Positions 28,701 through 41,884 of a stretch of 64,000 bases of DNA are shown here, in pieces. Both the position numbers and the translations under genes were made by a program. A model generated the notes under the pieces. That model saw only the letters and a list, made by a program, of their open reading frames with translations. It did no database searches and had not been told where the DNA came from. Each line of letters opens with the position of its first letter. The stretch's first letter is position 1. The DNA comes from Tubulanus polymorphus (taxonomy: Eukaryota > Animalia > Nemertea): assembly GCF_964204645.1 (NCBI RefSeq), contig NC_134035.1, forward strand, positions 11,502,451 to 11,566,450, written 5' to 3'.

Positions 28701-29449
28701 TCGGGCAGGTTTCTCTCAACGCTACAGTCAACCTCGTCAAACTTTGACCGAATCATTTTCTTACGCCTTATTGTATTCTATGATCCTTAACTCCGAAAGA
28801 GTTAATCTTGAAAAACCAACATCTGAATGATGTAGAGCGATATATACAAACAGGTTTCGGACTTTCGTTTAACTCGGACTAATTTTGCCGGTTCTGCGAG
28901 GTTTCTATATATGGTTCAAATGGTTGCTAAAGGAGAGATGGTTCTATTGGTTTCTTATTGCTGTATCTTTGGTGACTTTTTCACGTGCTAATCGGTTACA
29001 GCAGTGCAATAGCACACGCTCGCCTCTTCAATTAACAACCCACCCATTTTGAAATCCTAGTTCCGCTCCTGGGCGTCTTCGGGTACACGGGCATGAACGT
29101 TCTGCGAAGATCGGCTATCACCTTTCAGGCACGAAGCCCTCATCGACCCGTGCCAGGCACGAATATCCAATTAGTTGCAGCTTTTGCGTCGTCTCAGGTG
29201 TGTGGGTGCCCTGCTGATGTCGGCGAGTCGGTTTAGAAAGCGGTGGTAACAGTTGGTCGATGTGACTGGTGTAATGAAAGTTATGTTGCCCGTTGATTTG
29301 ACAGGTGTTGAGAGTCAGAGAGAGAGAGTCAGAGAGAGAGAGTCAGAGAGAGAGAGAGAGAGAGTTGGAGAGAGATGTATTATTAAACTCTGTAACAACA
29401 GCTGCCTTATTGATTCAATGACAACTGACTAACACGTTTGTTCGGCCCT

Positions 29450-29565
<116 letters not shown>

Positions 29566-30539
29566 CATTCGTTTGTTGAACGGTCGTTGGAATGGTGGTG
29601 GCACAATTACGAGCGAGTTTTGAAATTATATTTTATTCACTACGATGATGAACACGGATTAATCTCCTCGGCCCCGCGATTTGATTATCGTTCTTTTGCG
29701 AAGTTTTTTTCTATGTCAATAATAAGGTAATCTTGTTTTTTTTTTTTTCGTCAAAAATAATTATCGCGTTCGAAGATGAATTTTCAGTATTTCGTAACGA
29801 ACTAATCGAAAAATGGAAAAAAAGGTTAAAAAGTGATTGAATAAGAGGTCTCGGTTTTTTCGATGATATTTTGGTCGATTCGAGGTTTGTTCGGTTATTA
29901 TGGTAGCTATGATATCAGAAATCCCATTTTTTAATAAATGTTTTGTTTATATCTTTACTTATAATAACTTTACTTAAAATAATTTGAATGTAGGCCTGAC
30001 TATATAAGTCTGATTGTCATTCAAAAATTAAAAATTTTTTCACAAAAACATGTCTTTTAGTATCCTTACATTACGTGTATCAACATTTTGCCCATAGATT
30101 TTGCACTTTCCTCTTACACTTTTTAATAGCATTTTACCTTTTTTTTGTAATATATTGCATAAATTTTGGAAAATCTTAAATTTTCAAACGAACCGTTGAC
30201 AATGAGCATATATAGTTAGTGTATGATGAAAATTTCAACCAACGCCAAAATTGCGTTGTCGTGAAAATTATTGACTTAAATATGAAATGTTTCTCAACAG
30301 CAGATGCACTAATTGCCAGCATAAATCATATCGATTACAGTTACTGACCACCTGTTTACTCAATGTATTCTTTTCCTGCATTGTAGCATGGATTCACAGA
30401 AGTTTATGTTATTATTTCGCTCCAGGCACCCGTGGACCCGCAGTTCTATGTGCCCGGTGTACTTATATAATTGATCTCCGGTTATAAGACCAGTTACTCA
30501 GCAGATCATAAGTTTGAATTCTGCTATTTGGTTATCCCT

Positions 30540-30960
30540 CGGCTGGTAGGCCGGTAGATGGGCATCCTGCTCTACATAGTCTAAAGGGTTAGGGGTCGAA
30601 AGAGGGTGTGTTCTAATGTTTCTGATATGTAGGTCATCCAAGATGGCCGCCTCGGCATGGACCTCGTTTCTGCTCTTCAATCTGCACTGTCCAACAGATC
30701 TTCTATTAACTCGGTATTTGGTTGATGGAAAGAGAATGTGCTCTACTGTTTTTGTCTTATGTAGGTCATCAAAGATGGCCGCCACAGCCATATTTGGGTG
30801 TGAAATTGGCATTTTATTCCTTGTCCCCGCGCAACAGTCGACTACAGTTTTGGACCAATTTTCTCATAACTTGGTGTATAGACTAGAGGGGAGGGTGAAC
30901 CCTATTGTTTTGATTTATCTAGTTTGTCCAAGATGGCTGCCACAGAGCCTTTTTCGGCAG
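30540..30960. repeat. Interspersed-repeat relic with three CAAGATGGCCGCC-type subrepeats
   Basis: TGTAGGTCATC(C/A)AAGATGGCCGCC near 30628 and 30759, CCAAGATGGCTGCC at 30928. Confidence 0.55.
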
Positions 30961-31714
30961 AAGTGAATTACTAGTGTACGTAGCTCTGATTTTTACTGCC
31001 TCTCCGTATCTGTTAACTTCCTTAAGTAATCACAGACGTTAGGCATTGACTTGATAAATTTTGAAGTTTTCGACTAAAAAACCGTTATTGCTTAAGGAAA
31101 CATTTTCAGATTTTATATTGTTTTACTGTGTGATTCTCTATATTTCTTCGATTGGCATTATCAGTGACAAACTGTGAAGATGATGATAAGTATTCAGCCA
31201 ATTCAAAATAGCCACCAAGCCAGTTGGCAAAATCGCTCGGCGTACTGGATTGGTTTGAATAGTGCGAATCTCTTTCATAAAAAAGATTTCATTGGTCGTA
31301 TTTAAATGTCGTCAGATATTGATATTCTAAAGATTGTTTGAGGATGTAAATTTTATGTATGCGTAGGCAGATGTACAAATACGGAATGAATGCGGAATGA
31401 ACTTGCGCAATCTGTCGCGACAAACACTGCGGTCTATACGACCGTACTGATATTTGTCATAAAATGCATATTTGACGGGAAATCGCTGAAATTTCATGAA
31501 TGAATTTATTAACGGTGTTTGTATCGCGATTTGAAAGTCGTGGTCGTGTATCGCGCTGATATAAGCGTGACGTCGTCGTGATGAATTGATTTAACGACAA
31601 CCTGATGAAAAGTCTGTTACCGTCTGCCAGTAGAGATCTCGTTTTCTTTCTTTCGAGATATCGACTTCATCGGTAACGGGTAAGGTTCGGCCCGCCGGGC
31701 TTTAACTACTAGTT

Positions 31715-31964
31715 CACGATTGGTAGAACACTATATCCGTGTTGACGCGATGAGGAGAGAATCCCACAATGATAAGAAAAAGTCCGAAAATGTAACTTCA
31801 AGATTGTAGTTTATTCAACGTTTCGACTTAATCCGAATAGTCATCTTCAGGAATAATCTTCAGAAGTAATTATTCCTGAAGATGACTATTAGGATATAGT
31901 TGAAATAAACTACTATCTCGAAGTTACATTTTCGGACTTTTTATTATCATTGTGGGATTCTCTC
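31715..31964. mobile_element. Palindromic hammerhead-core element, family A, second copy
   Basis: Highly similar to 3174-3442; 14-bp direct repeat CTTTAACTACTAGT at 31700-31713 and 31967-31980. Confidence 0.8.
31811..31856 (-). ncRNA. Minimal type I hammerhead ribozyme motif
   Basis: Minus strand reads TTATTC-CTGAAGA-T-GACT-(loop)-AGTC-GAAA-CGTT-GAATAA: 6-bp stem I, catalytic core, 4-bp stem II, palindromic ACGT stem III. Confidence 0.65.
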
Positions 31965-32976
31965 TACTTTAACTACTAGTCTTTAAGGGGTGGGCACGCG
32001 AACGAAATTCGGGCTTATGTTAGTTTTGATTCAGGGCAAGTAGCAGTTATACTCGATGTGTTGACACGGTCTCGATATGATGGACCTGTATCTAGAGTTT
32101 AAGACTGGAATTTTTGATTCCGAAATGAAAATTATTGATTTAATCGTCAAAATTGAAATTCGTTTGAAATCTGATAACGTGGTTCCTCACAATTTACTAA
32201 AAGTGCTGTTAGGATAAAGTTCCTCGCTATAAGATGTTATCTAGAGCAATCGATTTAATTTCGACTACACTTCAGTTAGAAGATTTAATTTTTGGATAAT
32301 TATGGATTTACGTTTACCTTCATTATCTTCAAAATTATTCAGTTTGTAAGTAATCAGTAAATTAAGACGGCTTTATCTTTAAAATCATGAAAAATCATCC
32401 CACAATTGATGGATGAAATTTTTTCTAAAGTTTGAAGAATAAATCTATCATATATCGTCAATTGTGGGCTCATTTATCAACTTCTATAACACTGAGTACA
32501 CATTCGTCTGGTCAAGATCAGGAAGGTTTCGGTTTGTTTTTACCGATTCTGGAATACTTTTCTCTGGTGTGTTCGTTTTGACCAGAACACGCTCTACCTA
32601 TTCCAGAATAGTCTAATCTGTAGACCTGATAGGAGTGGCTTGTAATCCAGAATTTCTATTCCTAAACTGGAATAAGTCCAATTGAAACCAGTCTCTGATT
32701 TCCAATTCGGTATTTGTGAAACCAGTGTTACACACAGCAGATGATAAGCCACTGTATGTATATCAATGAAAAATTGATCGGTAATCTAATATAATTATGT
32801 TCTTGTGAAATATTGGATTCATTGATTCCACTTATTGCAGATGGAGGCTGTGGGTTCTCAAACAAATCTGCCAAATGTTTATGATAGGAGGGGGGCAGAA
32901 AAAATGAAAATTCTGTCAAAATCTTATGGAGATCTTATTTCATTCTCGTTGATATTTTTTTTTTTTAGGAGTCAGA

Positions 32977-35900
32977 ATGATGGCCCCAACTGAAGAGGAA
33001 GACGAAGATCAGGTCCTGTTCGACGTGCGGAAGTTTAACGGCAGACGCTGCGGTCGTGGTCGAGCGGATGATGACGACGATGATGATAGCGACGATGAGG
33101 CGTACGATCGTATGCAGTTGTTGGGCAGCAACAGTGTGCGTCCGAACTTGAAAAAAGACGGAACGTGTCTGAAAGTGGTTCAGACGATCATTTTGTGTCT
33201 GTCGTTCTGTGGAATGGTACGTATGTGTCCCATGACGAGAGAAATCCCACAATAACGAAGCCAAGATTGAAAAATTCTATATCAGAATGATTGTATTTGA
33301 GGAGCGACGTTTCGGCTAACAACTGTTAGCCATCATCAGGCGTACTGATATGGCTAACAGTTGTTGCATACTGATATGGCTAACAGTTGTTAGCTGAAAC
33401 GTCGCTCCTCTAATACAATCATTCTGATATAGAATTTTTCAATCTTGGCTTCGTTATTGTGAGATTTCTCTCGTCATCATCATACACGGATATTGTGTAT
33501 CTTCTCGTCTAACGTCCCATAACTGTCAATCATTCAGTCAGACACCTGCACCACAGAGCTGTCAACTATTTGATTTGCACAATACCGACTCTATATTTTG
33601 CTTAGAAATACGAAAGGCATCAAAACATCTCACTCCTGTGTCCAGGATCTGGGTGTCTGGGTCCCTATTTAAGACTTTGAAGAATACAGCTTATTTTGGT
33701 TATCGCTACTTGACCTTCATTCATTCATTCATTCATTCATTCATTCATTCATTCATTCCAAAAATGAAAACTTCTGTAGTAAAATGATATAGGCCTATAT
33801 ATTTCGAGCAACATTTCGGCTGAATTTATCCATCATGATCAGTACGCCTGATGATGGCTAATAGTATTTAGAAGTTTTCATTTTGGTTGAATTTATTGCG
33901 GGATTTCTCTCGTTATTCATCATACACGGATATTCTGTATATTCTCGTCTCGTTTCACTTCCTAATCGTACGTGGAACGTAGTAACGTCGCCGATGAATT
34001 ATATTTGCAGGGTTTAGTAATCGCTTTACCGGGTCCGACGATGCTCGATCTGCAGGAAATAACCGGCGCCGATACGGAGAAAACGATGCGTATATTCACC
34101 GGACGGTCGATCGGGTATCTGCTCGGCTCGATCGTCGGCGGTCTCCTCTTCGATCATCTCAACAAGTTTTTTCTCATCGCGTTGTCGTTGTTGTTCTCGG
34201 CGTTCGCGACGGCCAGCGCGCCCTGGTGTGAAAATCTCTGGTTGATGATTTGCATGTTCTCAATAGTCGGTTTCACGATGGGATTTTTAGACACAGGTGA
34301 GGCATGATCAAAAATTTTTCTTTTCTTTTTCCATTGATTTTTAATGCTTAATTGAACAGGGTGGTCACTTACTTGGATATCATGGAAATGTTAGGGAAGT
34401 ACGTTGAAAAACTAATGAATAATGGCGTTTCGACTCAATTCTTTGAGCCATTCTTAAAATTGATAAATTATGCTTAAGCCAAAAAGCACAACTGCTTCTA
34501 CGTAAATGTGGTTTTTTCTGCACTCACCCATAAAGATAAACAAACAGGCATAAACAGAAAATTGGTGATTGACTAGCTCTCAAGGTCTCCGTCGTTTCGT
34601 AGCGATCAATATGTTTTCGAAAAAAGCAAGGACGCTACTGTCCTGATATTCTGACACAAGGTTATAGCTGATTTCGTTTAGTGCAGCTTTTTTAATTATT
34701 ACATATTCGAAAAAATCATTGCCATAATCAATGTGTTGTTTTATGAAAAAGTTTAAACAGAGGGGTGTATAGATTAGAGATTGTCCTGATATTCCACCAC
34801 GAGCCGATATTGTCCTGAAATAATGCCACGATCGGATATAGTTGTACTCGTTATGGGAGAACAGCTATATCAATTGTTACGTATTCGAAAAATATGATTA
34901 AAACGTAATCAATACTTTCTTACTACAGACTATTGCTCGCATGTGATGTGTTGAAAATGTTTGTTTTGTTCTGAAACATATATGTAGGTCTACCTACCTA
35001 CCTACCTACCTATCGTACTTACCTACCAGTACATACATGATTGATTGATCTACACGTGGCGCGCATATTGCGTTTCAATAACAAAAGACTGCATTTGAAA
35101 ATGATTGCTTTATATACAAAGCCATCTATGCTTACTTGTTTATGGAGTGCTATTATAGTATGATAATTAAAACGAAACCACCGCACGTGAAGGGGGCCAT
35201 GCGGTTAAAAACGTTATTGTGCGGCGTGCTGTTTTAATGAAATTTCAATTTCATATCACAGACTGTGGGTATTGTATATGGTATACTGAAATACGGAGCG
35301 TTCTTGGCTCAAAATGATGATTACAATGCGTGTATGCACTATATCTGCCTCAAGCGTCAACATTTTCAAAAACAAATTGCATAAACACTAGGACTAGAAT
35401 GCGCTACAAGAACATAAAACGAGAGCTGAATTGTTTGAATTTTCTACAGCACTGTCCTTCGTCTATGTTACCTAACAGGCTGGCACACCTAACAGGAACA
35501 AAATGAAACGAGACGGCTATGCTTATAGGCATAAAAATGCCTTCTTCAATAGTGCTGAACCCGATGTGATATCCAACACTGGAAAGAAATGCGCTATGAA
35601 TAAAGAAAATGAAAAAGTCGAGCACTGAGTTGTTTAAATTTTGTACAGCACAGTCCTACGTCTATGTTACCTGACAGGAACAAAATGAAACAAGATGGCT
35701 ATGCTTATAGGCATAAAAATGCCTTCTTCAATCTGCACCCGATATGACATGTGATATCCTCAGATCTGTATGAAAATAAATGAAATATATCTATGTTTGT
35801 TTTTTTTTCTCTCAGGTGGTAATGTGTTGTGTATAGGATTATGGGGCAGATCGAGTGCGCCGTTTTTACAAGCTTTGCATTTCGCGTTCGGAATGGGCGC

Positions 35901-37707
35901 GTTCGTAGCTCCGCTGATCGCCGAGCCGTTTCTGTCGAGTACGAACTCAACGGCGCTCGTTAATTTCACCGACGCGAGCGCCGATAAACTGCATCAAACC
36001 GGTCATATTTCGAACGTACCTAACGGAGATTCCATATCAGCGGCGGCGGGAAGCGCCCGGTCGCGCAAAAATGAGGACATCGCGTTCTTATTAGATAGAA
36101 GTATTCGCAGTATTGAAAAACTTGTTAACGGCGACAACAAAACGTCGTCGACTCGGAGGAGCTCGCCGACGAATTTAACGTCTGCGTTACCGCCACCGCC
36201 ACCTACCGCGCAGTTACCGAAAAAACCGGACACCAACGGTAAACACCTTAGTTCGGAGGGAAAGGTCGCCGCCGGACAAAATATAAAAGCCGCGTTCGTG
36301 AAAAACACGCTGAAAAAGTTGAACGATAAAATCAAAAACGTAGCTCCCGAAACGGCGACGCAGAAGTCGACGTCGACGAGCGAGAACGTAACGAATAACG
36401 CGACCGGGTCGGGATCGAACGCGACGATCTCGAATCCGGGGACTACTACGATGAAAATTACAACCGTGAAGACCACGACCCAGACGACTACTACAACCCC
36501 GACGCCGGCTGTTCCGACTACCGCTCGTCAAACAGTCGCAAAGTCGTCTGCTACTCAACCGACCCGAACGGGAACCGTAACCGATAACCCTGCGGTCAGG
36601 TCGACCATCTCGATCGCGGCGACGACGACGAAGACTCCTCTCGAACCGGGATTCGAGTTAACGCTGCACAATATCGAAGAAAAAGTTGTCAAAGCCGTTC
36701 ACTATTTCAAAGAGCGAATATCGAAAGTGAAATTCGCGTATTTGATCGTCAGTTTGTTCCTGTTCGTCGTCGGCGTGTTGTTCTGCGTCGTGTGTTGTTT
36801 CGATCGTCGTCGAGTGTCGTCTCAGTACCACCCCGAGTTGCACGGCCGCGCGCAAAAAGCCACCGGTTTCAAAGTGCAGTTGATGATCTTGTTGTGTTTC
36901 TTTTTGTTGTGCTACGTCGGCATGGAAGTGACGTACGGCGGACTGGTGATGACGTTCGCCGTCGACTATCTGCGCTGGACGAAACGCGAAGGCTCGTATT
37001 TGACGTCGGTGTTCTGGGGATCGTTCGCGGCGACGCGCGGTTTGTGTATATTCGTCGCGCGCTATCTACGCCCGGCCGTCATGTTGATAATCGACCTGTG
37101 CATTACGGTCGTGACGCTGCTCGTCATGCTGTTCATGGTACAATCTTATTCTGTCAGTATGTGGATCGGCACGGCGATGCTCGGCGTCGGAATGGCGTCG
37201 ATATTTCCGACGGGTATCGCGTGGGCCGAACGCTACATAAACGTGACGAGTAAGGTGGCCGCGTGGTTCGTGATGGCGGCCGCGCTCGGCGAGATGGCGC
37301 TGCCCGTGTTGACCGGGTTTCTGTTCGAGAAGAAGACGCCGATGTTTCTCGTTTACGTGCCGTTCGCGGCGAGTCTCGCGTGCTGCGTCGCGTATATCAT
37401 CATGCAGAACCTGGCGTCGAATCACGGCGAGAAATACTCACTATTAACGCATGTTCCCGTGCACAACGACGACGACGACGTCGAAGACGCGACCGTGTTC
37501 GAATTGAACGACGTCGGTAAAAACAGCAGCAGCAGCAGCATCAAATTAAACGGTACGAACAAAACGAACGGACAGAAGAAAAACGTCAGTTTCGATTTGA
37601 CGGACGAGACAGCGTTCGTTTCCGCTAGTGATGAGGCGGTGGATAAAGATGAGGATCAACCGCAACAAAATGGACACGCGACTCAACTTATCGATTTACA
37701 TGATTAA
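32977..37707 (+). CDS. MFSD4-family major facilitator transporter (sodium-dependent glucose transporter 1-like); exons 32977-33216, 34011-34296, 35816-37707
   Basis: GPTMLDLQ, GYLLGSIVGGLLFD, MGFLDTGGNV, PFLQALHFAFGMGAFVAPL, YVGMEVTYGG, LTSVFWGSFAATR, MASIFPTG; about 12 hydrophobic helices; splice phases consistent. Confidence 0.9.
33234..33510. mobile_element. Palindromic hammerhead-core element, family B (related copies at about 26160-26310 and 33810-33951)
   Basis: Inverted arms with CTGATGA-TGGCTAAC-AGTT-GTTAGCC-GAAACGTC; flanking GTCCCAT duplicated at 33227 and 33514. Confidence 0.75.
35422..35760. repeat. Diverged ~200-bp tandem duplication in an MFSD4 intron
   Basis: GGCTATGCTTATAGGCATAAAAATGCCTTCTTCAAT and flanks occur twice (about 35516 and 35697). 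Confidence 0.85.
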
Positions 37708-37740
37708 AATTATTGGTAGATTATCGGAAGATAGTAAATA

Positions 37741-37870
37741 TCTTGAGTACCGCTGACCACTAGTGCTGATAGTCACAGTAAACCTCTTGAGTACCGCTGA
37801 CCACTGAGCTGATTGTCACGGTAAACCTCTTGAGTACCGCTGACCACCAATGCTGATTGTCACCGTAAAA
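37741..37870. repeat. Three ~44-bp tandem units in the MFSD4 3' UTR
   Basis: TCTTGAGTACCGCTGACCAC at 37741, 37785, 37828. Confidence 0.9.
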
Positions 37871-38214
37871 CTTAGTGGCATAACTGTGAGCTTAACTGTG
37901 GCATTTGTTTGTCTAAGGTTTCCTCACCACAATTTGGGTTGAATTTTTTTTTAAATGAGGACTTGAAATATGTTTTGATAGCGACCACATTGAAGGAGTT
38001 ATTTTGGGTAAAACGGTATTCGGCTATTTTGAATACGACGAAAACTTTTTTTTGACATTTCGTAGAAGTTTTATGTATGTGTAAAAAAAAGATTTTATAG
38101 CCAGTGAAAATCTAGTCAGTCTTATTTTCATCTATCCGCTTATTTCGAGTACGATCAGAAACAGTCCTTCAATGGGGGGGGGGGGGTTATTGATATCATC
38201 AATGTGAATCCGTA

Positions 38215-38468
38215 ATACGTGTTGCAATACGTGTTATGTTGCCATTTCTTTTGTGTTTTGTTGTGGTTTCTTCATTCAAGTGCGTATGGATGGTTAATCA
38301 AAGCTGCCTACTGTTACCTAGGGTCTTACCCTTCATTGCTTCATACGTGTTGCAATACGTGTTATGTTGCCATTTCTTTTGTGTTTTGTTGTGGTTTCTT
38401 CATTCAAGTGCGTATGGATGGTTAATCAAAGCTGCCTACTGTTACCTAGGGTCTTACCCTTCATTGCT
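38215..38468. repeat. Near-perfect 128-bp tandem duplication downstream of the MFSD4 stop
   Basis: TACGTGTTGCAATACG at 38216 and 38344, identical through TCATTGCT. Confidence 0.95.
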
Positions 38469-41400
38469 GTTACGTTTGAATATTTTCTCTCATTATACTA
38501 TTGTGATGTTAATTGAAAACATTTCAACCGTTACTGATAATACTTCAGCGGTTGACAGCCCAGCGAATTCCTGGAGAATCTCCTTAGTTTGATCTCCTAT
38601 TTAACAACTTATTCTACTACGTGTACGTTGAAATGAATTGCTATGGGACCATTTTCTGAATCATTGAAGAAATCATTCCTCGATAATTTGACCGATGAGT
38701 TCGTCACGCGTTCACCATCGGGTCATAGAACCGAATATCATTCACGGTCGATTCTACCAGAGCTCTTTCTCACGAAGGCATAGTAGTTTTTGTGCTCTTA
38801 ATTCATTGTCTGCTACCGAAGTTCTTTCCTGTTTCTTAACGATAAATCTCTACCCAAATACAGTCTTTGTGTACTTTCAATCAGACTGAAACTTTCAATT
38901 TTCAATAGCTGTATTTATTTATCGTTATCTGTTTGCTCTAGAATATATGAAACTATACTTCAGAATAAAAGAATTCGAGAGATCGATTTACTAATGCAAG
39001 ATATATCTATATAGGAATGATTGTTTGTATTTAGACCCTGACTTCAGTTCTGCTCACACTACTAGCCCAGCTCTACTGTAGAGTGAAAAGAAATGTGTAA
39101 AATATATTGCGAGAAGGGCGAAGCTTTCATCCCATACTTTAACTATCATACAACTGCAGAACCTTGTCACAACGGGACTTTGAAAATGTGGACCCAATTC
39201 AAAAGTTCCTGGTTTTAAAAAATTGAATCAATGATTTAACCCTTTCAGCGCATCTTCACCGCAGTGTGGGGTATAAATCGGTGTTGGACTAGTACACCGC
39301 ATCGTGGTGTAGTGATGTTATTAGTAATTAGTTCTGAGGTCCGCTGTACAAATTATGTAAACCTAAACAAAATCAAAGACTGTTTGCGCTTTCATTTATG
39401 AATGAATTTTCTCTGTGATCTTTAAGATGTCGACTTCTGCTGCAGCCTGTCGTGCATGCTTCGAACAAAATTTCTGTATACCTAATTTTCAATTTATAAA
39501 CGAGGTTGTGTCTATCATCCAAATGTGATCTCAAAAAGCACTCACTCATCTGTTACATTCCCATCGTCATTATAGCATTATATTCTTTATTTAGGTATGT
39601 AATTTTTCTGGAACTAAAATTTGTGCAAAGATATGTTTCGAATAGATGGCTCAACTTCCTCTCTTGTTAATTAATGTAGGGCTACGAGCTCCTGACGTGT
39701 TGTAAATACATTTTTGGATTATATTTTTCCAGATCCAGTGTGCTATTTAAAATAAATTATAATTCGGTAACTTCAAATTGTTGTTTTATTGCTTCGGTTG
39801 GCTGTTATGCCCTTGCCTCTGAAAATGACCTGCCCTGATTAAGCTCTTTCCAATATTCCTCCTTTGTACCAAAAATACAGCGAGCTTTTACCTGAATTGG
39901 TTTTTCAGACGGACTAAAATCCTGTAACACAAGTCTACCACGTGATTAAATGACTCATAAAATGACAGATGAGGGACTTTCCTAGGGGCTGTCCATACAA
40001 AATTGCAGAATTTTCTGATGCAATTGAATATGCTGAGAACTGGTAAAAGGGTCTGATGAAGAAATTGGTTCTGATGAAGTGTGGTTTGTTGAAGGATTCT
40101 AGGATCTGATGAAGTATGTTCCCATAAATAACAGTCTGATGAAATATGGTTTGATGTAATAGGGTCTGATGAAGAAGGGCCTGTATCTGCCATCACGATC
40201 CTAGGCATCTATTCCTATAAAACCATCGAGACAATGCAAACGATTAATCATACATTCGCTATCATCATATACATATTTATTTCGTTAAATAAATTAATAA
40301 TTATCATGGAGTTTTTGGTAAGAAATCACATTTACACAACAAACTTATCCGCGAAGGTAGGAATCATTTTTAACAAATTGTCGCAAAGCTTACAATTACC
40401 AGGGTATTGACTTGAATGGCAATACTTTGTACATGTGTTATGGCAACTGGTCTATCATGAAAAATAGTCAGATCTATCAATGACGAGAACTTGCAGGAGG
40501 GTATATATCGAATAAATCAGTACATAAACACTTAGGACGCTCGAAAACGACTGAAATATATATGTACAAATTAACATTCGTGATTAGCGAACACACTTTA
40601 TTTACCAGTAGTATAGCTGAAAACGAACACATCTGCCATACAAGCGAATGTGAATTACTCGGTATATGTTCGCAGGGGCGGATCCAGCTTGGAGCTAAGC
40701 TTCAATTCAATTTGAATCCGCCCCTAGTTCGACTAACTGAAACATCAACTTAGTTCATATTGTCAAGCAAAGGAACCGAGATCATGCAAAATCATTACAC
40801 AGCCAATTTCGTTTAACATATCAACTGCCGATGTAGCAGCGGTCATGGAGTAGTTCCAGTTAGTATACCATACTTTCAAGTGTCAAGTAGCTATATTTCA
40901 GTGTCTAACAACCTGCCACCCAGAACCAATTCCTCCGAAGCCTAGAACCTCTTTCAAGCCTGGGCAACTGATAAATTTTGAAGGTTTGAGGCGAGGGTTC
41001 GGGTGGTAGACTGATACCTTTTCATATATCTTAAAGCTACAAAAGTGCAGTTATAAAAGATGAAAAGTGTCATTCTAATCTCTGGCAGTCGATAACAAGA
41101 GAAATCCTAGTCAATGATTTTACTTGTAGTTAAATTCACAGCAAATGACTAATAATCGGGTAATACAAGTAAGCAGCACACTGAACGCGTTTTAACGTAT
41201 TACGAGTTTGAGCCCGATTTGACCTAAAACCAAAAACAAGTTTTTATTCAATTAGGGGCTATCTGACCAAACTCGAAATAATCACACCAACAATAGACCC
41301 GGACAATGGGCCCGGTTTCATAGACTGAGTATCAAAGTTATCCCTAGGGGTAAATCCTCAATCCGGGTGACAACCATCATAGTAACAATGAGAAACCATG

Positions 41401-41884
41401 GTTATAACTGACAAATTTCAAAATATTCCGAGGGACTATCTTTCTTCCACATCTATGAAACCCAGTCCTGGGTTCTAGGCGCGGCAATCTTTAGAAACGA
41501 CTAACATCTGAAGCGGTGGCTACCGTTTGATTCCGACTCGAAATGAGTTCATTCTCGTCTATTCGGTACTGGAGCAATCACCAGAGTTCCACGTGTGCGC
41601 AACGCTTCCGAAATAACGTGCGTTATTTTGAAAGAAGCGGTAGTAGTAGTCGTAGTTCGATGATTTGATAATATTTTCGTCGTTTGGCGTTGTTACCTCT
41701 GGCGTTGCTACATCCACTCCAATACGAGATTCATAAGACCGTAAACGATAACGTGACACGCCTGTCGTCCGATGAACGTCTGCGATGAGTAGTAATAAAG
41801 ATATATCCAGTAGATGAGCAGCAGTAGAGAACACGAACACACCGGCGAAATGAACAGTTCATCGTTCGTCGTCGCGTGACAGCA

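Noticed and set aside
36003-37520. Overlapping and antisense ORFs in the MFSD4 exon
   Set aside because: Expected shadows of a long GC-rich coding exon; no recognisable motifs
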